A stretch of DNA of 60,000 bases from Lytechinus pictus (GCF_037042905.1 NC_087252.1:11968001-12028000); one strand, 5' to 3'; positions 38,601-49,589 are shown, counted from the stretch's first letter. Notes: a model not told the origin generated them from the sequence alone. Made by a program: numbers and translations.

Positions 38601-40597
38601 CTGGTTAAATACATATTCTCAAATACTTGTTATCACTATATCGACCTAATATGCAAATTTATGCAAATTACTTGCTTATTTGCATAGATACAGCGTGTCT
38701 CTTTGGATGAATCCTTTTCTTTTGACTCAAGGAACATTTGTGCCAAGTGGGACATTTGTACTAAAAAATGCAGCGTTCACCCTTTTTTTGCAGTTAACAA
38801 GTCTACTATAATTTATCTTTGTATTTGTACTGTTCTCTCTCTCTCTCTTTTTTTTTCTGTTACTGCGCCTTGAGAACTCTGCATTGTGGAATTGGCGCAT
38901 TACAAATCACATTTGTTATTATCATTAAATTAGCCAAAACACCGGGCAAATATGCCATCTATTAAATTCGATATATTATGGTAGGAAAATGTAAAAGGCT
39001 TTGATTTGTGCAAGCCTCTGCCCTTCCTACAGTGGCCATAAAAACGACCTTCAATATATCCATGAAATTCCAGAGGCGGATCTATAGGGTCCCCGTTACT
39101 CTCGATATGATAAAAAAGGGAATTTCCGACCCCCATCCCCCTACTGGCGAGGTTCCCGCAAGCAGAGCAGTGGCAGATCTATTGGAGGGGTTTAGGACGA
39201 AGTAAATCGCAGCTCATCGTCATTGGGCCGCACCAACATTATTGATCAAACCACACTGAGTCGCAAAAAGCTAGATCCGCCGCTGCAATCTAACAACAAA
39301 TTCTCCTTTTCAGGCATAATATCAAGTAGACTATGGTTGTTGTAACTTACCCGGTGAAAATGGCGTTAAATGTATGCTCCTGGATCCAGGTTTCTCATCC
39401 CCGTACGTACTGATTAATGAACACGTATAAGTACCGCTATCATTTTCGACAAGGTTTCTTATGGTTAAATTTCCACTCGAATTATCCGCAGACAAGCTTA
39501 ACTTCTTTGGATCAAGATAGGTTGACAATATGCAATCCCTATACGGTAAACATGAATGAGAGGCCACCTCGAAATTGCCACCCTTGGTCCAGACCAATCG
39601 CCGATTTCTTGATTCCGGTGTGAACAAACAGAACATCGTAAAGTCTTCACCGATGACTGGAAGGGATACGTCAGTCTGGATAGACACTTCAAATGCATGG
39701 TGTCCTGTATGCGTTAAGAAAAAGAGATTCGATGAAGCGAAATCCAGGATTTGCATGCAATTTAGCAATGGTGGCGTGAATTCTTCCCCTGAAGACCTTA
39801 AAATATTGATGTTGATTGGGCAGAATAGAATGATAAGCCAGTCGACGAAAACAATGACCTGTTGTGTCATTATGGGCTACAAATCTTATGCGGACTACGC
39901 CGCTTACAATGTCAGTATAGCAGTTTTGTAGCATAATTTTTTTTTTTACAATGAGGGGATTCGTTTGTAATGGATTGATTATCTAGGTTCTCAGTTGGTG
40001 TATTTTATGCCCCCAAGTCATTAAAAAATAAGGATAATGAATGAGACCCAAATGGCGTCCCTGTTAAAGCCAGCAAGGATTGTTTGTAGTGGGATACTAT
40101 AAGAAGTCCACAAAATGGTATGACGATCATGCCGTTTATTATGTCATCTTATGAGCTGTTCGGGCATGACGGGATAGCACCTACATGAGAGCAACACGCT
40201 CTCTTTAACGACAAATTATGCCCCGTATACATTGTACACCTGCCCCGATTCTCACTGAAATTCTACATACTATGAATAATAACGTATATATCCCTGGGCT
40301 GCCACGTTCCCAGTATTGAATTACTAGTTCAGAGTAAGTTCTATGCTGATATAATATAGACCAACTATATGATTTAGGGGTCAAAATAAGCAACATCAAT
40401 AAAAAGGCATGCAAATTAAGCATAGTGAGTGAGGAAGGACCAAAATGAGTGAGTCTTACTCTCAATACCTGAGAGTTCTCAGCCCTAAATAATCCATTGA
40501 ATATATGTTTGTATGCTACATCAATTTTTGCTCCAAACTTACCAAACGAAATGGCAAAGCTCAATAAAAGACAAATCTCTCCAAGAATTACCTCCAT
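8003..40597 (-). CDS. Multi-exon nephrin-like Ig-superfamily type I membrane receptor (SP, V-Ig, 4 Ig, FN3, stalk, TM, Tyr-rich tail); ~860 aa to first stop, ~1034 aa if both internal stops are ignored
   Basis: Exons 40543-40597, 39351-39704, 21377-21709, 20774-21121, 19910-20239, 19315-19623, 18549-18842, 17849-17869, 16507-16740, 10284-10436, 9541-9603 and 8003-8613 join in frame through phase-1 junctions; domain motifs are recognisable in translation. Confidence 0.85.
9541..9603 (-). CDS. Exon 11 (tentative): basic cytoplasmic segment GTSKSLKPRRKRHFLLPCPDE
   Basis: Acceptor tttctcgaaag; the phase-1 end requires a GC donor AG|GCAGGT; 63 nt. Confidence 0.5.
10284..10436 (-). CDS. Exon 10: transmembrane helix plus stop-transfer
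   Basis: YMIIAHGVIASLGFVIVISLGLVYFYGLICC-TKQKK; acceptor ttttag, donor GTATGT; 153 nt. Confidence 0.85.
11120..12822. mobile_element. Palindromic non-autonomous TIR element (same family), copy 2, arms ~650 bp
   Basis: taggagtgggctata ... tatagcccactctta; identical flanking repeat tttttac; high arm identity; short MITE-like insert ~11920-12075. Confidence 0.88.
13555..14117. mobile_element. Degenerate Kolobok-like MITE
   Basis: TTAA on both sides; imperfect TIR ending ...cattcct|TTAA; inverted tgatgtca/tgacatca and tgaatatt motifs. Confidence 0.6.
14347..14746. mobile_element. Kolobok-like MITE (inverted copy of 22435-22828)
   Basis: TTAA flanks; ~400 bp near-identical to the reverse complement of 22435-22828. 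Confidence 0.85.
16507..16740 (-). CDS. Exon 9: juxtamembrane domain with 4 Cys
   Basis: Acceptor cgtcttacag; VTVTRVKEWRVLQLSK...CF...C...C...GLCSEPADIQ; weak donor G|GTGAAG is the one compatible with phase; 234 nt. Confidence 0.75.
17279..17453 (+). mobile_element. 5'-truncated SINE (core plus L2-like tail)
   Basis: Core tttgccactctcgacccaggtg..aaatgggtacccggtagga shared with the SINE at 45578-45944; (ATT)n tail. Confidence 0.8.
17849..17869 (-). CDS. Exon 8: 21-nt micro-exon (P)LQPENY(G)
   Basis: Pyrimidine-rich acceptor ...gttatttacag and donor G|GTAAGG; phase 1-1, frame-preserving. Confidence 0.6.
18549..18842 (-). CDS. Exon 7: fibronectin type III domain
   Basis: PDPP...LFVAWQPGFDGGFQQTFNLEY...LNPFTWYRLTMWSENSAGNS, a nephrin-type FN3 signature; cag and GTAAGT boundaries; 294 nt. 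Confidence 0.92.
19315..19623 (-). CDS. Exon 6: C2-like Ig domain
   Basis: GLPDDVNI...VTCRTSNGYPAPLIHWY...PKRFDDGKRLLCQAVQ; acceptor aag, donor GTAAGT; 309 nt. Confidence 0.9.
19910..20239 (-). CDS. Exon 5: C2-like Ig domain (paralogue of exon 4)
   Basis: SITCKSVGSFPAVDLSF...TDHGKNVQCNA; strong pyrimidine tract plus tag, donor GTGAGT; 330 nt. Confidence 0.9.
20774..21121 (-). CDS. Exon 4: C2-like Ig domain
   Basis: SITCKALGSFPATKLQW...NDHGQYIQCNA; acceptor ttcttgcag, donor GTGAGT; 348 nt. Confidence 0.9.
21377..21709 (-). CDS. Exon 3: C2-like Ig domain
   Basis: APPFG...VNIICEAYWARPPAVLQW...PSRNDRGRILECIASHP; acceptor cag, donor GTATGT; 333 nt. Confidence 0.9.
22435..22828. mobile_element. 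Kolobok-like MITE inside the L2
   Basis: TTAA|agagaaatgccagt...actggaatttgtct|TTAA. Confidence 0.88.
22882..25641. mobile_element. 2.76-kb foldback TIR element (TAG...CTA termini, possibly non-autonomous Academ-like)
   Basis: tagtccaggatag...ctatcctggacta; ~300-bp TIR; internal ~190-bp units mirrored about ~24400; flanks ttt/gtt. Confidence 0.85.
25830..26538 (+). mobile_element. CR1/L2-group (Crack/Daphne-like) LINE 3' fragment nested in the L2
   Basis: RIILNKSYDTPSADLF..MIYKCVHNLAPSYL..LRVPKFRT; 3' stem cagggtccc...ctaccctg and (AAAT)n tail. Confidence 0.8.
26707..26862. mobile_element. GC-rich MITE, copy 1
   Basis: caggggccgcggaac...gttccgcggcccctg; 5-bp TSD tcata; removing it restores L2 KHVHITPIL. 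Confidence 0.88.
27105..27263. mobile_element. GC-rich MITE, copy 2
   Basis: Same TIR and interior as 26707-26862; TSD not intact. Confidence 0.85.
28515..28596. repeat. (ATT)n microsatellite
   Basis: Imperfect ATT trinucleotide run. Confidence 0.9.
28597..30298 (-). mobile_element. R4/Dong-clade non-LTR retrotransposon, truncated and degenerate (RT plus restriction-like endonuclease)
   Basis: RGIFQGDSLSPLLF, HLLYMDDL, DVDRLYVSR.KGGR, AAQDQA, CRMC, WDFNIQTD..IEARRPDIV..IIDIAIP..EKIQKY; flanked by (TAA)n. Confidence 0.88.
30299..30383. repeat. (ATT)n/(AGT)n microsatellite
   Basis: Directly visible. Confidence 0.9.
30577..32420. mobile_element. hAT-like non-autonomous element
   Basis: TIR catgggtgtcgatc...gatcgacacccatg with perfect 8-bp TSD TGTAGAGG. 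Confidence 0.88.
34225..34460. repeat. ~55-bp tandem repeat, about 4 copies
   Basis: gcatgtacagtagacctgaaacagcctcgagcattgactgtatgttcactgtata recurring. Confidence 0.85.
35380..36400. repeat. ~90-100-bp tandem repeat array with alternating unit types
   Basis: Recurring gagctgcagga(ttga)tccaggtcaa...ggtccaaatcaacttctgca. Confidence 0.85.
36753..37348. mobile_element. PIF/Harbinger-like MITE with a nested ~150-bp MITE (~37067-37230)
   Basis: ATT|aggtggtttcagaccgcctc...gaggcggtttgaaaccacct|ATT (3-bp TSD); inner ctggggagcgtttcat...atgagacgcccccc. Confidence 0.8.
39071..39285. mobile_element. Short hAT-like MITE remnant
   Basis: cagaggcggatcta...tagatccgccgctg; no clear TSD. Confidence 0.5.
39351..39704 (-). 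CDS. Exon 2: V-set Ig domain
   Basis: Acceptor ttcttaacgcatacag; FTMFC...LVW...LTIRNLVENDSGTYTC (DxGxYxC motif); donor G|GTAAGT; 354 nt. Confidence 0.9.
40543..40597 (-). CDS. Exon 1: signal peptide MEVILGEICLLLSFAISF(G)
   Basis: ATG, hydrophobic core, then donor G|GTAAGT; 55 nt, phase 1 matches exon 2. Confidence 0.75.
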
Positions 40598-40660
40598 TGT
40601 TCAGCAAAACACAAAAGGAGAATGAATAGAAAGAACTTTACTTCGAAAAACTGTCAATAA

Positions 40661-40666
40661 TTTATA
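40661..40666 (-). promoter_or_regulatory. Possible TATA box of the Ig gene
   Basis: TATAAA ~65 bp upstream of the ATG; weak evidence in AT-rich DNA. Confidence 0.2.
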
Positions 40667-42849
40667 GCACGGGAACGACTATTCAGTGATTCAGTTTCGC
40701 AACCTTATAAATACATTAATCTAAAATGAAATACTACGTGAGATAACGATTCGAAATAAGATGGCGCTCTTCAGGGACTGCAATCTTGGCATGGTCTGAT
40801 TGATTTAGGTGGATCCACCTATGGATTTGGTCCACAGACAATGCTTTATCCAATTATAATTGATGCAAAATTGAATTGATTAAACGTTAAATTTGACTTT
40901 GTATAGCAATTAAACTTCTTAAATATTTTGTTTTAACTAAACCCCAAAACATTGCTTTAATTCACCTTAATATCCTTTACTATTTCTTGAAAAGCGCCTT
41001 GAGCACACTACAGAGTGAATTTCACGCGATATATGTCCAATTTATTTAAATATACATGTGATGCATCACACCGAAATGAGAGACAAGTCGGAATTTCTCA
41101 AATCCACTTTTATTATTAATTATTAACTCGACCCGAAAGACTAAATATAAATGGCGACATTAACTTTTGAATGCAAAAAGAATTGGGCTCTTGGAAATCA
41201 AAATCAAGAGAAAAACGCGTTTGACTTCCGTTTTGACTCCTCGCCAGGAAGAAAAATATACTTTGTCATCGCTATGCTAACCGAAATACCATAGCAACCG
41301 CTTGCCAAAGAGGTGAAACTATTGACAAATGAGGAGGCTTCAACTGCTGCGTTGAGAACTACAGTCAAATAGGGCACGTGCGATCGCGGCAAGACATCGG
41401 CGATGCTGAATTTGGCTATAATTTCCGTGAATATACCTAGAAGGTTATAGAAACTTTTTGTTTATACAATGAATTTATATCTTCCTCAAAACAATTTATT
41501 GCATGTTTTACCTAACTATTGTAAGAAAGGTCGGATCTAAAATCATGGGGGGGGGGGGGTTCCGATGGTTTCGTTGTGTCAACGCGTTATTTCAATGTCA
41601 ATCGCGAATAATCTATAAAGCTGGTCAATATGAATAGAACTACATGAATGTTAATTTGACCACATGGTCCAATTGAATAAATTATCCTTGTTAAATAATT
41701 CATGTCTTTGTTTTTATAAATCTGAACCTGTCACAATAGAGAAAGGCCATTATTTTCCCCCTTCACATATGTACGTTTTATGAATGCTTATTATTATATT
41801 GAGACAGTGGGAATAATTTGCTCGATCACGTCTATTATTGATCAAACTTGTTATCAGGCATATCATGTGCTTGCTCCACTCTATTGTATAATATCAAAGC
41901 ATTTAGTGCTTTTACCAATCAAGCTTCTTTTTATGTGTTTGTCTTTTTGTTTATACATTTCTTCACTTTATCGTTTGTTCCTTCAAAATACATGAGGAAA
42001 ATGAGGGGAAAAAGGGTTTTAATTATAAAATGTTAGAAATAATGTAGATTTTTGCCTAAATGATCTGAGATACGCGTACCGAAAGTTTTCACAACTACCG
42101 TACCAAGAACTATATCCCTTTGGGTGCGACGGGCTTCCACAGAAGCCCAGCGGGGAGTTCACTTAGCTACGACGGGCTTCTACAGAAGCCGAGATTTGTT
42201 GGGTATATTTCGATTAAGATTTTCAGGTTTTTGTAATTATTGTGTACTAAATTCTCCCATCATTTACTTTGTACATCTATCTCGCTGATATATTGAGCTA
42301 CGTTGAAAAAAAAAATCGCGAAAATAGCATATCATTTCAACTTTACCAGAAGTTTTCGTTGGAATTAGAAGGGGGGGGGATGGATTGACGCAAGCGTACG
42401 CGTGCGCTCGATCGAGGCATGGCCGACATTGTCACGTGATTTTTCTCGTCGCGAGCCCTAGCTACGGCACGCGACTAGACTTCGCACGGCTTTATTTTCA
42501 ATTTCAGCATGCTTTACGATCAATTGGCAGAACACGCTACCGTTTTGCGAGATCGTCTCCACGTTTACAGTTATTACAAATTTTTCGTCGTATCAGCATT
42601 TATTTATTTATTCATTTATTGACTGATCTCGATTTTGTGAACCTGATTATTCTATCTCTACTCGTACTCGTCGAAGTTGCTCAAGAGGTAACACTGGACC
42701 CATAACCTCATTATTGTGTGTGTGACGTAAACCCAGAAAAAAAAGTGACGTGTGCGTTCTATTTTCGTGTGAAGGTTGTTATTATAGTTTCGTTTTGCCT
42801 CATCATTTCGAATGAGTCAATTATATTTTTTTCTTCTATAGTTCTGATG

Positions 42850-43821
42850 CTAATTGTTTCTGCAACGACAAGAAGGTCACTGTGAAGAAGTTTACTTGCA
42901 ATGGTTAACAATTAGAACATGTTCATTAAAATTGAAATATCAAACGAGGATGAGAACCTAGCACCACTCATTCAATGAACAAGTTTATGATAGCACTAGT
43001 AGTAAGCACTGACTACAGACTCGTCTAGGGCCTCCTTGGTCTAAATTAAATCGTTGCCGAAATTAGATTTTTCACCTTATTTCACGATATGTTCTCAAGT
43101 CAAAGGGCAGACTAACTGTCTGGGCGGTACATATCTTAGTCTAGCCATATCAAGTATATTTCCCTGACCACGTCGTAGTTATTACGATACAATAAGAAAG
43201 ACTGATGATATATGATGGGTCGTCCAAAGTTCGCAGATTTTAAAAAAATATTCATGAGGCTAAAGTTGATACAAAAATCAGTTCAAATAGGCTCTACCAA
43301 ATTGACAGTAATATCGTAAACTCTTACAATTATTGACAAAAAATATGAAGTAGGTCAAGGGGTCTCGCCAGTATCTCGATCTCAAAAATTATATTACGAT
43401 CGACAGATGTGTGCGGTTTATATTTTTCTTGTGTAGTCTAATGCTCATTGTTTCTGAAACAACAGGAAGGTCGCTGAAGAAGTTAAATTGTAATGGTCAA
43501 AAATTTAACCTTTTCAATATCAAGCTAATATGAGACCCTCGTCGTAAGCACTGACTATGGCCTACTTGGCCTGAATTAATTGTTGCCGAAATATCCTATG
43601 CCGAAAGTCAAACACATAAGTTAGCTTTTTCACCTTATTACACGATATGTTCTCAGGTCAAAGGGCAGACTGACTGATTGTCTGGGCGGTACATATCCTA
43701 GTCTACCATTTCAAGTAAACTTCTCTGACCATGTCGTAGTTATTATAATACAATAAGAAAGACAGACGATTTTTTATGGGGCGTCCAACGTTAGCAGATG
43801 TTAAAAAATATTCACGAGGAT
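42850..43821 (+). repeat. ~550-bp direct tandem duplication; second copy continues at 55218-55360
   Basis: ttttcaccttat..cacgatatgttctca.gtcaaagggcagact..ctgggcggtacatatc occurs twice; 43257-43410 matches 55218-55360. Confidence 0.85.
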
Positions 43822-44859
43822 TGTCACGGCCCTGTTAAAGAACCAGTACATAAGAGAAGGAGATCTTAGGACAAGAGACCAAATAATATACTTTTAAGAC
43901 TTTGAATTTATTTTGAGTACATTTAATTCAATTCAAATTCAATTCTTTGATGTCACATTATCAGTGAAATTCCAAAATCAATAAAATAATCATATCAAAT
44001 TAAACAATAAATTTCTTTTTGGCCAAGTTGATCTGAAATGAAATCTAAATAAATCACCCAAACACTCACTCAATCAAGCACATTCATACAAGGGGAAAAC
44101 CTGAAAAAGTTCAAGGATGGACTCGATGTACATGTGGCATGCCAAAACACAACAGTCCAACGATATCGATGTCATGTATGCGCAATGTCCTGATCCACCG
44201 ACGACTCCTCGACGATTTTTTTTTTTTTTTTATAATATTTTATTTTCTTCCTCTTTCAAATCAAGTTTACAATCACAATTCATAAAGATTTTTTGCATGT
44301 ATACAATGTACAATCAATAAACAATCAAACAAATAAATATATCAATATCAATGAGATTACAACTATTATTGAAATGATTACAAATAAAATTAAAACTGCC
44401 AAGCTTTCTTCTATAACATTGTGAAAGCAGAGAAAAAAAAAACCCATCTCAATCGACAAAAAAATAAAAAAAATACTTTGCAAAAGATGACTTTTTTCCC
44501 TGAATAGAAAATAAATATCTTTTGCACATATTAATTGTACAAGAAATAGATTAAAAAAAAAGGGATAAAATATTATTTTATAAGGTTAATTAGAGGAAGA
44601 TTATTATCCTAAAAACGTCACTACACACTCACCTTACCCCCATACCCCCCTCCCCCCTCATCTCTCTCCCCAGACACTCACACAAGCTCACTTCAAACTC
44701 ACAACCACCCACAGCTCCCCCCCCCCCTCTTCCCCATCTCAGAACTCACACATCCATCTACACACGTACACCCACACACGATGCATCCTGCTCTGGTATA
44801 ACTATCTGTATTTGAACAAATAAACAAAACAAAACAGAAACAAAATGAAGCAACCAATA

Positions 44860-47800
44860 CATCCATTAGTATTAAGAAAGGTGTGCATTGATTTGTTCCC
44901 ATTTTCTTAAGTGCACCCCAGCTTCCCCTTTTTAAACGCTATTTGATATTCCGTATCTCTATACTCTTTAACCAAATGTGCCACTTTCTGTACGGTTGGC
45001 AATATTCCCTGTTTTCTTGAACTAAAAATAATATACTTGATTAAGAATACAATACAGTTTATTAAAGTTACTCTTGTAGTATTTCCAGATATCCCCATGA
45101 AAATTGTTTTCCAATTGTCACTGCCAAGTTCATTCAGTTGAAATATTTTACTCATCTCATCCCATAATCGCTTAACTTCAGGACAATAACAAAATACATG
45201 TTGGTAAGACTCAACTTCTTTTTTACAAAAGGAACACAAATTATCTGTCTCAAAACCAAATTTAAAAAGTTCCCTTTTCGTGTACACAGCCCCTTGTAAT
45301 TGTTTGTACTGATATTCTCTGTGTTTATTGCATAGCATTGCACATTTCAGTCTCAGAAATACTTATTTCAGTTCCCCCATTCCCAAATCATATTCGGATT
45401 GCCCATCTGTAACATGAAATACATAATCAATTTGAAAATTTTCAATGAAGTAGTCATATATTCGTCTAGATTTTATATCACATAGTTTCTGAATATGCCC
45501 ACGTATCATCAATTGAATTTCAAAGTTATCTGTATCCATTTCCATAAAATCACCTTGTATCCACTCTTCTGTTATTATAATAATAATAATAATAATCCGT
45601 TTTTTATATAGCGCTTAATACATCGGAACGACGTGTCTAAGCGCTTTACAGATATGTTATTACCCCGGTCATCGGATTCAATCAGTCATTCCCGCACACA
45701 ATGTGTGCACATCCTCCACTCCCTGGGGAGTATTCCAGTCAGTCGCCGGTGAGGCGCACACAGTACTGGACAAGCTACAATGACTTTCATATCCTACCGG
45801 GTACCCATTTAGCACCTGGGTCGAGAGTGGCAAAGTGTGGATTAACGCCTTGCCAAAGGACGCCAGACCGCGGTGGGATTCGAACACACGACCCTCTGTT
45901 TACAAGGCGAGAGTCAGAACCACTACACCACGGCTCCTCCACACTATTACTGAAAATATCTTTTGAATTTTGAGCAAGTTTTCAGATGAAAATGTTTGAT
46001 TATACCAGTATGAAACTGGTCTTAATTGACCTCCAACTATTATATCCGAGACCTTAACTATACCTTTCTGAAATAATTCAATATAAAAAAAGGTCTTATT
46101 ATTGAGGCATATACGCTTGTTATTAAAAATAATGGGATTACTTTTCCCTCCAAAATGTCTACACTTATCCAATTCGTGCCATGCCTTCAGCATATCTATG
46201 TAAAATAATGGTATACCTTTCAAATTCATTCTAATAGTATCATAATCACACAAAAATATGATTCGACCGCCTAAGGAGCTAAAAAAATATTTGAAAGTTG
46301 CTTTCCAACCCGAACTTTTCCCTCCATCTAGTAAACGTTTAATCCACATTATTCGTTGGGTCTTAACAAAGACCTCAAAATTTGGAGCTCTCAGTCCTCC
46401 AACAGAATAGTCTTGATATAGAACCTTGCGTTTTATTCTATCTCTTCCTCCCCAAATAAAATTGAAAGAATTTTTTTTTATTTCCTTAAAAACGTCTTTT
46501 GGGACTGTCATGAGGGAAGAAACATAATTTAATTTTTGAAAAAGCATACATTTTCAAAAGTTTTATTTTACCATACATTGTAAGATCTCTTTGTTTCCAC
46601 CAACCAATAAGTCTTTTAATTTTACTCAAGATTTCCTTATAGTTCAAATCATCTTTGACTTTACAATCTCGTGCGAAATACACCCCTAAGATTTTAATAT
46701 GTTGTAACCAATGTCCAAGAAGTGGTAAACCAGGTCTATCTCTTTCTTCTCCCAACCATAAAAAGTTTGTTTTATCCATATTAATCTTCAATCCACTTAA
46801 ATTTTCAAAATCTTAGAATATTTTCTTTACTCTATGGATCGAATTCATATCTTTTAAAAACAATGTAATGTCATCTGCATACAGCACTTGTTTTATTTCC
46901 CGTTTCCCAAATCCTATCCCTTTAATATAAACATCTCTCCTAATATAATGAGCTAATAATTCAATCGCTATAATAAATAAATATGGAGAGAGTGGATCCC
47001 CCTGCCTTACTCCTCTATTAACTTCAAAATATCCCGTAGAATGCCCCCCGTTCACGCAACTAATAACATTATTATAAAGAGTTTTGACCCAAAAACACAG
47101 ATTTTTCCCAAACCCAAAATGTTCCAAAGTTTTGAATAAAAGTTTATGAGAGATACAATCGAATGCCTTTTCAAAATCCACTGCAATTAAAAAACCTAAG
47201 GGTTGATACAAAGACTGAAAAAACATATCATCAATTAACCGAACTGCTTCCCCAATATTACGATCTTTGACATAACCCACTTGATCACAATGAATAATAT
47301 CTCCTAAGACCTCTTTCACCCTTGTCGTTAACACTTTTGACAATATTTTATAATCTACATTCAAAAGAGTTATCGGCCTGTAGTTTTTCATGTGCAAAGG
47401 ATTTTTGCCTTCTTTTTCAATTAGAGTAATTACCCCCTGTCTCTGAGAATTTGACAACATTTTAACTTCAAAACTCTCATTGAAAGCTTCAACTATGATT
47501 CTTCCTAAAAGTGGCCAAAATGTAAAGTAGAACTTTGCGGTGAAACCATCATTGCCAGGCGATTTATTCCATTTCATTTCCTTTAAAGCCTGAAAACATT
47601 ATTCATGTGTTATTGGATATTCACAAAACTCTATAGTTTCTTTACTCAATTTGGGTAAATCATTAAAAAACATATTTTCAATATCATCACTAGTTTCAAG
47701 ATTTTTACATGCATATAAATTTTTATAAAACTCCCGAATGATTTTTATAATACCTTTGCAATCTCGCACCGTTTCCTGATTTTCAGTATAAATCTCCTTA

Positions 47801-48990
47801 ATCGCGCTTCTCCTTTTATTAGATTTAAGTAATTGTTCAAAGAATTGTGAATTTCTTTCTCCTTCTTCAGACCATTGGGCTCTTGAACGGACCTTTAGAC
47901 CTTGACGAGAATAGTCGAAAAGTTTATCTAGTTCCTCTTTTTTAAATTCAATTTCGATTTGGATGTCAATATGAAAAGTGATCGTCAAGCGATATTCTAA
48001 ATCTTTAATTTCTTTTTGTAATTTTTCAATGTGATTTTTTCTGAGTTTTGCTCTTTCACGGGAAAATGCCATTATATATTCTCTTAACTTCATTTTCATA
48101 AAATCACAAAATTTAATCTTGCTTGTTATTTGGTCCCGCCATATTCTTTCTATTTCAGAAATCTTCATCTTTACCCCGTCTACAAAATCTTTATCAGCGC
48201 ATAAACTGCTGGTAAACTTCCAGTACGATCTCCCATATGCAAAGCTTTCGACTAAATTATCAAACTCTACCTGAACTCCTGCATGGTCAGGAGCGATAGA
48301 GGGTAAAATGTCTGAACTTTTCACGTCTTTTTCTAAATTCGAGGAGATAAAAATATAATCTAATCTGCTCTGAACAAAGGGATTATTTTGTTTGAAGGTA
48401 AATTTTTTTTTGTTAGGGTGCCGCTTCCGCCACACATCAATTAGATTTAGCCTATCAAGAAAATCCACCAATGAATCTTTATATCTATTTTTCGAAATAT
48501 TACTTCCACCCATGTAATCTAAGTTTCGATTCATAGCAATATTAAAATCTCCTCCAACAATAAGAGAATATTCTTGACTAACAACAGAAGATACAATTTT
48601 GTCCAAATCAGACAGAAAATTGCATTGTAAGTTTTCTTTATTCCCTGTGGGGAAATATACACTACCCAATATAATCTTTTCACCTTGACACTTCCCTTTA
48701 ATTATAACGTATCGTCCTTCTTTATCAATGATAATTTTTTCTTTGAGAAAATCAACCTTTGATTTAAACATAATGATAACCTTTCCTACTGTGGTTACTC
48801 CCATGACTGAAAAACATTTCCCCCTTCCAATCAGCCTTCCATCTACCTTCAGTGTCTTTTGTGCTAAAAGTTTCCTGCAGAAATATTATATCCCCCATCA
48901 TCTGACACCACTGAAATATTTTATTCCTTTTGATTTTATCTCTCAGCCCTCTGACATTGACCGAAAGTAGTTTTAAATTACCCGACATCA
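44860..48990 (-). pseudogene. L1/Tx1 ORF2p (APE endonuclease, RT, C-terminal CCHC), several frameshifts plus SINE insertion
   Basis: SVNVRGL, IFLQET, GGDFN, SRLDYIF, PDH; KSPGNDG, YRPITLLNVDYKI, DFEKAFD, RGVRQGDPLSPYLF, YADD; CSFC..ESYQHVFCYC. Confidence 0.95.
45578..45944 (-). mobile_element. Full-length tRNA-derived SINE inserted in ORF2
   Basis: A box TGGTGTAGTGG, B box GTTCGAATCCC, central core, (ATT)n tail; TSD taata; excision restores FSVITEEWIQGDFMEM. Confidence 0.92.
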
Positions 48991-49589
48991 ATTAACACAA
49001 AAAGTCTAAACCTCTGACAAAAACTTTGGAATAAGAATATGAATGAGAATGATATTACTGCAAATTGGTAGCTTGATTTTTTTTAAATGACAAAATAACC
49101 TGTTAAACTAAAATGGGGATAAGATAAATACAGATAGACACCAGAACTGGAAAACACAACACACAAACATATCATTCCACTTCACCCCAACAAACACAGC
49201 ACATACACCTCTGCAAACATACTCAAACACATGCCCATAGACTGTCCCTACCATGAAACCCAAAGAAAAAAGACTTTTCTTCATATCCTAAAAAAAAAAA
49301 AATGCAAATTACGAATAGGCCTATTTTGAGGCCTCTCCCATCACTTCTGTGATTTTAAAACTAAAATTAAAGAAGATTCAAAATCATTTTCACAAAATTT
49401 ATCACTCCCTTCTAAAAAAAAACCTAGATTACCTCACTCACCCCAGTACTTATATCAAATATAACAACAGTTTTCCTTTTTTTTCCTATCTTAAAAAATT
49501 GGTTTTAACATTTCATTGATAGATATACAAACTTGAATATTTTTCAGTTAATTTAAAGAAAAAAATAATAATATTTGTGACTCTTATTC

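Larger units (their letters stand above)
27360..38808. mobile_element. Large non-autonomous TIR element with ~930-bp arms (Academ-like termini) hosting further insertions
   Basis: TAA|tagtagacttgt...acaagtctacta|TAA; left arm 27360-~28290 equals the reverse complement of 33030-33418 plus 38229-38808. Confidence 0.88.
21990..38927 (+). mobile_element. L2 LINE (RT to 3'UTR) fragmented by nested insertions
   Basis: Collinear pieces: GVRGQAYEWFHSYL/GVPQ (~22080-22430), KLNPSKTEFL (~22845-22881), RNLGVMLD (25642-25829), LVHALISS..LQKLQNTAARIV (26539-26706), HITPIL..HWL (26863-27104), LKTRLF (27264-27359), 3' tail gcgccttgag...ggcgcattacaaat (38809-38927); left boundary approximate. Confidence 0.85.

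Noticed and set aside
45870..45944. tRNA gene
   Set aside because: A/B boxes continue into a SINE body with (ATT)n tail and TSD; it is a SINE head
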